This document shows, in pieces, positions 1 to 10,499 of a stretch of DNA of 64,000 nucleotides. The DNA is taken from positions 75,578,001 through 75,642,000 of the forward strand of contig CM060733.1 of the NCBI GenBank assembly GCA_030704615.1. Direction: 5' to 3'. The stretch comes from Takakia lepidozioides (taxonomy: Eukaryota > Plantae > Bryophyta). Every line of letters begins with the position of its first letter. The first letter of the stretch is position 1. Under the pieces are notes generated by a model that was not told where the DNA came from, made no database searches, and was given only the letters and a program-made list of their open reading frames with translations. The position numbers and the translations under genes were made by a program.

Positions 1-645
1 CATTCCATCGTGCTGGACGAAAATGCAACACCGCATTCCATTGTCCAATAAGAACTTTCGATTGCCAAACATGTAAATGTGTCGCCGCATTTCCAAGGCC
101 CACATCGTTGTTTGTCCAATTCCAGACCCGTGTGGGTATTCCGTCTAGCTGGACGGAAATGCGGCACCGCATTCCATTGTCCAATACGAAATTTTGATGA
201 CGGACATGGAAATGCGGCACCGCATTCCATTGTCCAATACGAAATTTTGATGACGGACATGGAAATGCGGTGCCGCATTTTCAGAACGGACATCGTTGTT
301 TGTCCAATTCCAGACCCTTCGACGGAAATGCGGCACCGCATTCCATTGTGCTCTCCGGAAATGCGGTGCCGCATTCCATTGTCCGGTACGAAATTTCGAT
401 GACGGACATGGAAATGCGGTGCCGCATTTCCAGTATGGACATGGACAAGCATTGGCGATTAGACATGCTTGGACAATTCAAGGTCCAATATGGAAATGTG
501 GTGCCGCATTTCCAATTCAAAGTATGGTAATGCCATGTCAAGAAATGAAATGCGGTACAACATTTCCGTTACGACCGCAACGGAGGAAAGGGAGCTGCCA
601 GAAATCGCTGCATGGAGAAAAATGAAATGCGGTGCCGAATTTCCG
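1..645. repeat. Array of ~11 palindromic units GGAAATGCGG(CA/TG)CCGCATT(T)CC, core period 53 bp; probable DNA-transposon subterminal repeats
   Basis: Units start at about 19, 73, 155, 208, 261, 324, 357, 410, 492, 546 and 623. AATGCGG/CCGCATT is an inverted repeat with a 2-nt centre. Spacers are largely copies of each other. One more unit lies at about 1526. Confidence 0.85.
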
Positions 646-910
646 AGCTTCGGCATGTACATGTTTCCTCTTACTCATACATGGATTTCCTTCACCTCAG
701 GACTCTGATATCGCTAACTCTGGTATATTCATTTGGACAGACACATTGTAGAAATGAGACCACAAATTGTAAACAGTGGGCCAAATACGGCAGTTCTTTG
801 AACACAATGAAACACAAGCACATAGAAGTGAGGTACAATGGGTTGTTTTATTGATCGAACATGGTGTCTCACATTTAGCAACTCCAGACAAATCTAAGCC
901 CTTCCTCCTT

Positions 911-1243
911 CTAGTTTTCCCCGGTGCCGTCCTCCCTAGTCCACTGGCAGCAGTTCCAGCGCCAAAGCGAGGCCGTGCGTGATCTGTCCGGCATCCCATT
1001 CCACCTTGGTATATCGAGGTCAACAATTTTCAGGACCCACGGACCGCATTGACCCTCGCCCTCACCTCGCTCAAAGCGGTAATAGCCCTCCAAATACTCC
1101 ATTGCGCGCAAAGACTCCCGCTTGATTCCAGAAGCGTCTGTGAAAACAGAGAGCCAGACAATGATGTCTCCTGATTCTGGTTTGAACATAGCATAATCGT
1201 GGCCATGATAAGGGCAGTCAGCAGGATTTTGGCGGCACGACAT
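911..1243 (-). pseudogene. Truncated orphan ORF, paralog of 1801-2364
   Basis: Colinear similarity to 1801-2364 (MSC..N..D.PY.G.DYAM, SGDI..W, EY..G.Y.FERG, PW.L.I.D.D.P, RWNCCQWT). TAG falls where the paralog has Tyr, and similarity continues past it (GEN*KEEGLR vs GETYSPEGVR). Confidence 0.7.
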
Positions 1244-1800
1244 CCTTGAAAAAGAGTAGCGGAGTACGCTTAATGACAGCAGCTCCCGGATGGAGGAGGT
1301 AGCAGCGCGGTGGCTGGAAGAAGTTCAAGCAAACGCTGCAATTCCTCACAAACACTCCAGGGCACATTTAAATCCCCCCCCTACAGGAACCTGCACGGAT
1401 GAAGATTGGCTACTCCATGAATGTAGCCGTTTCAGTTTCCTTCCGTGCCATGCAAACTATGGGCAGTAAGTGCCAGGTGGGCCTATAGCCACTCGAGACG
1501 ATGAAGACCATCCCCCCCTTCGATGTAAATGCGGTGCCGAATTTCCATCCGGGGGATGGACTTCGGTGGCAGATTTCAAACTATACCCCGTGGATGAGAA
1601 AGAGGTATCGGTTCATCCACCGCTGGCATGATGAACACGTTACACGATGATTGGTGGGCACGTGGGACCCAGATGCTCCATTATTGGAGCCCGCACTGCT
1701 CTTCCGCTTCTTATCATTTTGAAAATCTAAGGGCTTCATTGTTGTCCGCAAGGTCATTGTCATCGGCATCAAAGACGTCCTCAAGTCCTCCTTTGCAAGG

Positions 1801-2364
1801 ATGTCGTGCTTCCGGAACCGGGACGACTATCCTTATGGAGGCTTCGATTATGCAATGTATTCGGCCACATCAGGAGACATCGTTATCTGGTACACAGTTT
1901 ACATAGAAGATACTGGTTCGAATGTGGAAACATTGTCCGCTTTTGAGTATATCCCAGGCCACTACGCCTTCGAGCGGGGTGACGATCTTGGTCTGAGGAG
2001 TCCGTGGCTCCTGCGCATCCTTGATTCTGATTTTCCCAGCTACGACGGGCACCCATGCAGAAGAATGCGCACTGCTATGCTGTTGCGGTGGAACTGCTGC
2101 CAGTGGACGTGGGTGGACTCCATCGGAGAGACGTATTCTCCTGAAGGAGTGCGCTCCTCTTCTCCATTGTATGGGGACATTCGCATTGGTGTGGACGATG
2201 AAAACGTGAAGCTTTCCATATTCGATGGTGGTATGATAGAAGGGCACGACATTGTGGTGAACATCAACAGGGGCGGTACAACGGCTGCAATCCAGTTTAC
2301 CTGGAGGAGCCCGATGACTCATGAGCTAGTTTTCAGAGCAGTCGAAGTCCCATTGACAACGTGA
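1801..2364 (+). CDS. Orphan 187-aa protein of unknown family, intronless, TE-associated
   Basis: Open ORF whose amino-acid pattern is conserved in the diverged paralog on the opposite strand. No domain recognised. Confidence 0.55.
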   Translation: MSCFRNRDDYPYGGFDYAMYSATSGDIVIWYTVYIEDTGSNVETLSAFEYIPGHYAFERGDDLGLRSPWLLRILDSDFPSYDGHPCRRMRTAMLLRWNCCQWTWVDSIGETYSPEGVRSSSPLYGDIRIGVDDENVKLSIFDGGMIEGHDIVVNINRGGTTAAIQFTWRSPMTHELVFRAVEVPLTT

Positions 2365-2654
2365 CTTGTATTCAGAAGGCACAGGGCTAAAGATTTGCTT
2401 GCACAATCAGCACAGTAGACGTGCTTCAAATGCAATTCATGTGGATCAATAAAAACCCCATACTAGTGCCGTCTTTTTGTTATATTCTGTATCCATCGTT
2501 CCCATAATGCATCATTCCTCATTTTGTTTGGGATTGGGAGTGTGGGTGGATTTTGCAAGTGGCTGGTAGGCTGAAATGGGCCCCCAATGTACAGAGCAGT
2601 ACCACCCTACCATTCGCAAAACATTGCCTTTCAATATGTAATCCAATCTATCAA

Positions 2655-3155
2655 AGATTCACTCAACCAGCTAACTTGCAGAATTCAACATGGAAATTTA
2701 GGGCCGATTCTGATAAGAGGGAAAAACAGGGTGAAATGTATTGAAGAAGGTGCCCTCATTAGCAACGCCTGATTTTACCAATTGTGCCGCTGCTGCTGCG
2801 GCTTCCAGTTGACCATCTACCCATGCACGTTTCTTGTAGCTATCCTTCCACAAGGAATCATAGGCAATGTTGTGCTTGAAATGTGGCCCTCTTGGATGAA
2901 TCTGGACCCACACTCTATTGCTGCTCCTTTAGCTATCCATGCCTCTGCACAAATCATGCATACATCCTTGCCTTGCTGGTAGCAGCTGACAATAACAACC
3001 TACATTTGTTCTAGGAAACACCCAACTCAACTTCTCACACTAGTTCCTATGCTCAATTGCATCTGCTACTCTCTGTAATCCAACAGGCATTCATCTTTTT
3101 GCCACAATTGGGCCACCATTGACTAGGGTCAGAAAAGTATTCATGCCACAGCTTC
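2655..3155 (-). repeat. Copy of the ~550-560-bp dispersed/tandem repeat, inverted relative to the 31 kb and 35 kb copies
   Basis: Reverse complement of blocks at 31060-31958 and 35045-35761; the ORF track gives near-identical peptides (2698..2913 vs 35192..35395). Confidence 0.85.
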
Positions 3156-3339
3156 ATGATTGTTTAGGGTTCACTGTCACAAATGAAAGTGTGTTTGTCA
3201 GAATTTTGCCCACCCCAATAGCTCAGTCACTCCCACCCATGCAAGGTACCATGCTGTATCAAGTCTAAACCCTGGAAAAATACATGCAATAGCATAAACC
3301 AACTCTAGACCATAGCACAACTGGCCTGGTACCTCCCAT

Positions 3340-6290
3340 GTGGAGGTCAATTCCGCCTTCTACCATTTCGCCTCTGCCTTGCAGGTGCATTCAAGTTGGC
3401 AATAGCCAATTCATCTGCCTCACTCAAAGGAACACAAACAGCAGGCTTAGTCATGATGTTATGAGGAATTTCAGGAGGCACCATGCCTACATAAGTGTCT
3501 CCCTCACCCAGTGCCACTTCTCTAATATCGTGAACCACTCGTCGGGATCGAGGGTCCTTGTGAAGGACCACCTTCTAGTTCCCTCGTGAACTTTTTTCAT
3601 CCGAGAAAAAAACTTGCTCCACCTGACTAGGGAATGTCCAGGGCTGCTCCATCCGAGGTAACATGCGACTGAAGTCAACCAAGAGAAAGCCATAATCATC
3701 TCGTTCATGGTGGCATTCCGACCCACCATGTGTGACCTCACCCATCTACACAAGAACAGAATTAGGCAAAGAATTCCGTAATCCAGTTGAATTATTTCTC
3801 TTACAACACCCACATATTCCAATTGGGATAACACTCGTCTGGACATACCTGCACTGTTTTTGCTTTCCTGATGGAATACTTGAGCAACTCCAGAATCAAA
3901 TGTCACCGTGTCTGTGGCGCCAGTCCCATCACGTATTGCTCGAAAGTGATTGTCGTAAGCATACATGGACTTGAAGCCCAAGGACTGTACTGCTGGTGGT
4001 ATACATAAATGGCATATGTCCAAATCATACGACTCACCTGAACTCACCTTGCGGTGGACAACACCTTCAATCCATTCATAGAATGGAGGCAGTAAGCGCA
4101 TATCTGTTGGGTATGGAATTTCTCCATTGTGGTGGTCCTAGTCTTGTCCACAAAGGAATGTTGTTCTGAACTCAGTGCGGGATGCTTCTATGAGTGCCAT
4201 CTCCTCTTCATAGGCCCTGTCCAAATGAGAATTGCAAATTAGGATTACAGCTTATACCATTGGCAGAAATGAAACACACAGGATATGATAAGCGACATAC
4301 TTACTCAAGGAATGGTTTCATGCAATCTGTGTTGTGCAAAATATACTCGTGTGCACTGTCTCGTTCTTGAATGGTGAGGACTCGTACACTTCCCAGTCCT
4401 TGAACCACCTCCCCACTAACTGAGTCTTCTTCATTGGAGTCCCACACCCTTCGGCTTGTAGCATGAAATTCAGCCATGTACTCAGTTAGAAACCCTAGGG
4501 CCTCATCCAAAGCATACCCTTCCGCCATGCTCCCTTCAGGTCGGCTCATATTCCTTACATAGCCTTTTAATGTCTTCATGTACCGTTCCATAGGATACAT
4601 CCAACGGCTAGACACGGGACCACACACCTCCAATTTGTCCACAAGGTATACAAGCAAGTGAGTCATGACATCAAAAAGTGACGGAGGGAATTCTTTCTCC
4701 AGCAGACACATAGAGATTGCAACATCTTCTTTTAAGGCCGGTAGCTCAGCTGGATTAATGGTCTTCGCACACACTTTTCGGAAGACTCGAGAAAGCCTCA
4801 TAATTGCCATCCGTGGACCCTTTCCCAATACCCCTCGAATGCAAAGAGGTAAAATCTGCTGCATCATTACATGGTAGTCATAAGTTTTCATCGTAGACAG
4901 TTTATTGTCAGCCACATGTTTCTGGAATGTGGCAGCATAACATGTGGGGGCCTTTACTGCACCCAACGTTTCCAAAAACGGCACCTTCTCATCTTCAGTA
5001 AGAACGTATGGGGCCAAAGGCTTCACCAACTTGTTCGGTTGAGAGGGATGGGATCTCAACCACAAGTGTTCACGAATGACATTTAGTTCCATATCCTTCC
5101 TAGATGTGGCTGTGTCCTTCTCCCCAAGAATGGTTCTCAACACATTCTCACACAAATGTTCTTCACAATGCATCACATCCAGTGTGTATCGGATGAGTAA
5201 GTCTTTCCTGTATGGCAATTGGTTCAAAACAGTGATCCGTTTCATGCCATGTTCCTTTGAAGGGTCATGTTTTTCCCCTCTCAGCCCCTCACATTGTGAG
5301 ATACAACTCTCTGGCTGTAGCCCGGTCAGATTGCTCACTTTCAGTGACCACCATAGGAGCTGTTCTATGTTCCACATGTCCATTAAAGTGGGATGAGTTA
5401 TTCCTGTAGGGATGAATAGCACGCAAGTATCTCCTATGACCAAGATACAAAACTTTTTTGCATGCCTTGGAGTACCTGGAATCAACATTAGGGCCGCAAG
5501 TTGGGCAGGCCTTGTATCCCCTGTGTGCGCATCCTGCTAGCAACCTATAAGCTGGAAAGTCGTGGATTGACCGCATCAAGATGGCCCTCATGTGAAATGA
5601 TTGTTGCCCCACTGGGCTGCTTCCATCCAATGCCTCCACACCAACTTCCCACAACAATTTCAGCTCATCCACAAGGGGCTGCAAATAAACATCTGCATTG
5701 TCAGTTCCCACAGATTGTGGTCCAGGAATCAATAAAGCCAAAAAATGGCTTAGTACACAGCCAGGGTGGAAGATTATAGTTCACCAACATGACAGGCCAT
5801 GTTGACCATTTGTTTGATTTATCACTGTAAGGATTGACACCATCCCATGCGAGACCCAATCGAAGATTTATGGGGTCTGCTGCAAACTCAGGCCATTTTT
5901 GGTCAATGTGGGCCCAACTCTTGCTTTCTGCTGGGTGCCTAACCAAGCCATCCTGACTTCGATTCTTAAAGTGCCATGACATTAACTCTGAGATGGACTT
6001 GGTTTTATACATTCGAAGCAGCCTTGGAATGATAGGGAAATGTCGAAGAACCTTACGAGGTACCGGTGTCTTCGTACCCACCACATAACGCGACGTGCCT
6101 GACATTTTGGACAAACCTCCAAATTTTGAAGCTCCCTTCTGAACAACACACAGCCTTTCGGACATGCATGTATACTCTCGTAATGAAGCCCAAGTTCCAT
6201 TATGAGTTGTTTTGCCTCATAGTGGGACTTTGGCAGGCAATTGTCTGGTGGCAACAGTTGTGTCATTACTATCCTCATGGAATATCACAT
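3340..6290 (-). mobile_element. CACTA/En-Spm transposase (Tnp2/TnpD-like) pseudogene
   Basis: Frameshifted ORFs carry Transposase_21-type motifs (YESIHACPKGCVLFR, NLRLGLAWDGVNP, STWPVMLVNYNLPPW, DVYLQPLVDELKLLW, HDFPAY), LDVMHCE, DUF4218-type WMYPMERYMKTLKGYVRN..RPEGSMAEGY and DUF4216-type YVGVVREIIQLDYG. Confidence 0.93.
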
Positions 6291-6399
6291 CTCTGGAAAT
6301 GATAATTGTCTTTTGTTTGGTCATTTGCCTCCCGATGCAACAACAAAGCATAATCAAAGAAAGGTGCGAGCAAAAGATTCAATGCTTGGGTGCGTGGGT

Positions 6400-7082
6400 G
6401 GATTTGTATTGTTAATGCTACTTCACAATGTGTGTCATTCGTGCTATTCTCATTTTTTGATCATGTGTCATTCAATATGCAGATGGTGAAACCAGTGAAG
6501 CGTTCAATGGTCAGGGAAAGCACAATATGTGCTATCAATCAGACTACAACCACAGTGGATGTAACTGAACCATGGGGTGACCAACAAAATCCGCACAGTG
6601 TAAGTATTTCCTTTGTCCTCTTTTGTTTCCTTGTCTGATGCTGGATCAATACACCCCCTATGTATCGCTGTGTAGCTGCAGGATTGACAACCTACAAAGG
6701 TAGTTTTGTGACATCGTCCTACCACATCCATGTTGACCATGCAGAACCTGCTATCAACTAGGTATGGTACCGTTCCACCTTTGATCATGTCAGCATGGAG
6801 TATAGAGACAGGCAAATGCAATTCAGAATTGGAAGTACTACAATAAGTAGGGTTGGGGTGTTTGTTGGAAGAACGAGGATGCATTTTGCAGGAGTGCCAA
6901 GCTGTCAGTCTCTGTTCTCCAGGGTTCATTTCTGATATAGGAATCTGGTTTTTGTTGCAGTTTCAGATCGGCGACAAGGTGTTATTGTTTGATCCTTGTG
7001 CACCAAAAGAAGGGCAGATGTGGGATATATTGCTGGATTTCCGAAAGCAAATGTGCCAGACAACTATTACCGTATCCATGTG
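6400..7082 (+). repeat. Segment A, duplicated in inverted orientation at 16146-16766
   Basis: High nucleotide identity to the reverse complement of 16146-16766 (for example GTGACCAACAAAATCCGCACAGTGTAAGTA). Confidence 0.85.
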
Positions 7083-8150
7083 GGTTTGTCCAGGATTTGA
7101 AAGAAATTGTGAGACCACTCCCACTGAATGTGCAATATCTGGCCTAGTATAAACCATGCAAACATCAAACTGCCGACTGCGCTTTGATAAGGAGTTTTCC
7201 TCATATCTTGTTGCTCTTCTTGAGTCTTAGGTGCCATATCCTTCGTAAGTTTCAAACCAACTTCGAGAGAAGTTGATGTTGGCTTACTCATCTCCAACTT
7301 AAACCTTTGTAGAATTGTCTCAATGTATTGTCGTTGATGCATGAATACTGTATGGTTCAATCGATCTCTGCTGATTTGAATACCAAGACAGAACCAAATC
7401 TCACCCATGTCAGTGATGGCAAACTCAGTACGCAACAGTGCTTTGGTTTCTGACAACAACCTTTGATGATTGTTGGTGACAATGATTGTGTCATCCACAT
7501 ATAGAGCTATGACCACAAATTGTTCTCCCATCTTTTTCACATAGATGTTTGTGTCAGCAATGCTTCGCTCAAATCTTGCCTTTAAGGGGTAAGCATCGAT
7601 CCTAGCATACCAAGCTCGAGGACTTTGTTTGAGTCCATACAAACTCTTTTGCAGCTTACACACAATATCATTTCCTCCTTGTACAAACCCTTCAGGTTGT
7701 CTCATGTAGATCTCTTCTTGTAGTTCTTTATTCAGAAATGCAGTCTTAACATCCATTTGATGAACTTCATGATCATGTTGAGCTGCAAGAGCTAACAACA
7801 CTATGATAGAAGAAATCTTCACCACTGGTGAGAAGGTTTCATTGTAATCCACTCCTTGAATTTATGCATAGCCTTTAGCTACAAGACGAGCTTTGTACCG
7901 GTAAATAGATCCATCAGCTTTGTACTTCAACTTGAAGATCCACTTGCAACCAATGGCTCTTCGTCCTATAGGCAACCTAGTGAGTGTCCATGCTTTGTTT
8001 TGCATCAATGAATCCAACTCTGAGTTGATTGCTTCTTCCCATTATAGTTTGTCTGGAGAGCGCATCGCTTCCTCATATGTAGCAGGCTCAACCACTTGTG
8101 ATGCTTCTTCCATAGCTTCAATGGCACTCATAGATGTAATCAGCCTACTA
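7082..8150 (-). mobile_element. Ty1/copia reverse transcriptase fragment (pseudogene)
   Basis: EPATYEEA, IGCKWIFK, YKARLVAKGY, DYNETFSPVVK, HQMDVKTAFLN, SLYGLKQSPRAW, LYVDD, PYQSAVGSLM and RPDIA, with stops and frameshifts. Confidence 0.95.
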
Positions 8151-8394
8151 GGAGCTTTTCCCGCTGTAATCTCCTTAGAATTCGCACATCTTCAACTTCA
8201 TCTCTAGAGTCCATATCAACAAGTGGTTCACCAACTTCGACTCATTGATCAACTCCATCAAGTTGAACACCTCCATCATTTGCTTCAGCCATCTCTTGTA
8301 TTGGCTCCTCATAAGACTCCTTTTGGAAATGGTGTAATGGCTCTAAGCTCATTCCTATGTCATCTTCTCCCACTACCAAAGAGGGTATGAAGCC

Positions 8395-8655
8395 TTTCTC
8401 TGGTAGCTTCATGACTGTCCATGTTTTGTTTCTTCTTAAAGATTCCAGCTCAGAATCTATAGCATTCTTCCATTGTTCCGCTTCGGAACAAGATAAAGCC
8501 TCCTTCAAGGTAACACGTTCGTTTACATAAGCTTGTGTCAAAAGTGCTCTCCAGGGTTCCCTACCTTCTATACTCTCAATCAACCTATCAGGTGGTTTCT
8601 TGATTCTAGTAGATCGTCTATTTCCTGGTGAGCTGGATGTCTCTCTCCTAGCCTG
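8395..8655 (-). mobile_element. Second, different copia fragment (IN-RT linker)
   Basis: RRSTRIKKPPDRL...TLKEALSCSEAEQWKNAIDSELESLRRNKTWTVMKLPE. Confidence 0.8.
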
Positions 8656-8860
8656 TCGTTGGAACTCTGGCAGCAGGAAGCCCTGGTTCGGATGCCTTTG
8701 CAGATTGTTGTGATCCACTACCCATGGCTGCAGTATTGAACAAGTAGTTGGGCTGCCCATATCTGTATGGGTGCCCTGACACATACTCAGGGATGTGTGC
8801 AGCCTTGGATACACCCTCTAACCAAGGCAGTAATTCTTTCATAAGCCTCTTGCAGTTTGG

Positions 8861-9895
8861 CTAATCCCTCAACTTCCATGGATACGGGAAGATGCAATTA
8901 TTTGCAGGGTTGGGTAAGCAAGTGAGTGGGGAATCGTCCACCAGCAAAGTATTGGTTGGATTGTAATGGTTGTAGTCCTTCCAAAACTTACATAAGTTCT
9001 TGTACATGACAGTTTTAGAAGGATTGAGAGGGTCCACCATTCCCACAGGTTGGTCACAATAGTCTTGGTGAAGCACCATCTTTGGTTGCTTCCCAGGAAA
9101 CAATGCTTTCACAACTGGAAGGACATTACTCAATGACATGGAAGACCATACACCTACATCAAAAATCTGAAGGCATCGGTCCAGAAACTCCTGACACACA
9201 GGTCTGGAGGTGACAGTGGGCTCTAGGTGTTCCCTTGTTCGTAGTTTGCTCTCACATAACAATCCATTCAAGTCAAGTATAAGGATGTGTTTATGCCTCT
9301 CAGTTGCCGAAGGGCAATTACCAACAACTTGTACATGATTATCATGTACAAATGACACACCTTTCTGTGGGGCACTCTGCAAATTCATGGAGACCTCACA
9401 GGCATATTGAGAGGGTAGTACATATGCCGGAAGTGCTACTGGTGTAGGGGACAACAAAACGGATGAACACTTTGCAGTTGCCTCAACAATATGGGGGGAT
9501 GGATTGAGTTCACCTTCAGACCAACCCTCCATGTCATCATCCCCCTCCATTTCTGAAAGCCCAAACAATGAGCCTATTGTGTTTGGCTTTGGTGGCGGTG
9601 AAGAAACTGCCTTGAACAGGTTGAGTGGTGAGCCCATAACATGAGAAATAGTCTCCTTTGTTGTGTGTGGCGCAAAGGTGGTGCATGGTGGACCTGTAGG
9701 TTCCGAATCTGGCACATTCATGCCAAGTTTAGCTGCGAGCGCAATGTTGAATGCAGCTACTGCCTCCAGTTGGCCTTGGACTGCTTCCAAAGCTGCCTTG
9801 GAGCTGGCTTCCATCTGCACTTGTTTGTTTTCCATAGCATCGAGGCGAGCTGCTAGTGAACCAATTCCCTGCCCCATCACATAGAACACCTCCAA
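8861..9895 (-). CDS. FCP1/NIF-homology (HAD superfamily) phosphatase-like ORF, intronless, probably TE cargo
   Basis: HILILDLNGLL, RP..QEFL..CLQIFDVGVWSS, K.L.K.W, NTLLVDDSP and NP.NN.IFP, preceded by a coiled-coil-like N-terminus. Confidence 0.75.
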   Translation of the reverse strand: MEVFYVMGQGIGSLAARLDAMENKQVQMEASSKAALEAVQGQLEAVAAFNIALAAKLGMNVPDSEPTGPPCTTFAPHTTKETISHVMGSPLNLFKAVSSPPPKPNTIGSLFGLSEMEGDDDMEGWSEGELNPSPHIVEATAKCSSVLLSPTPVALPAYVLPSQYACEVSMNLQSAPQKGVSFVHDNHVQVVGNCPSATERHKHILILDLNGLLCESKLRTREHLEPTVTSRPVCQEFLDRCLQIFDVGVWSSMSLSNVLPVVKALFPGKQPKMVLHQDYCDQPVGMVDPLNPSKTVMYKNLCKFWKDYNHYNPTNTLLVDDSPLTCLPNPANNCIFPYPWKLRD

Positions 9896-10499
9896 AGTAA
9901 CAATTCACTACACTGACTGATGAACTAGTAAGAAAACAGAACCAAACGGCAACTAGCAATGGCATGGAAATCACGAATATGTAATTCACACCAGAATTGG
10001 TACTGAGTTTATATACCGTTGTGGCTGCACTACCTGTACACCCCGAGCCGTAGCCTTTGTCACTCCTGGCGCTACCGGCGATCTCCTGCAAACTTGGTGT
10101 ACGTCCAGTCTCCTTCTCCTGTGATTGCAACAAACTTGCAAGTGTTAATGACTAGCATAGCACACTGCCAACAGTAAAGAATTATCTAGGATAGCGTCAA
10201 TGACTCCCCCTCAATAAGAGTGCTTAGTTTCTTGCTGGCGCCCAACTTTGAGAAGGCCCCCAAGTAGTAGCAATGTGTACTAATTCAATGGTGATAGGAA
10301 TAGACTCTGAGCTCCAGCCAAAAAAACCCAACACATAAAGTTTGTCAATGCAAAACAATGTGGGAACTTCCTATGTTGTAAGAGAAGTATACCAGTCGTG
10401 CTACAACACCGCTGATTCCACTGTGACCTGATCGAGATGTATTCTTCACACATCCCCGCGCCTTGACACCATTTGCCTGAAATTTCTTGAAGCCACATC

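Noticed and set aside
1-645. CRISPR array
   Set aside because: Spacers repeat each other and vary widely in length; no cas genes; eukaryotic context.
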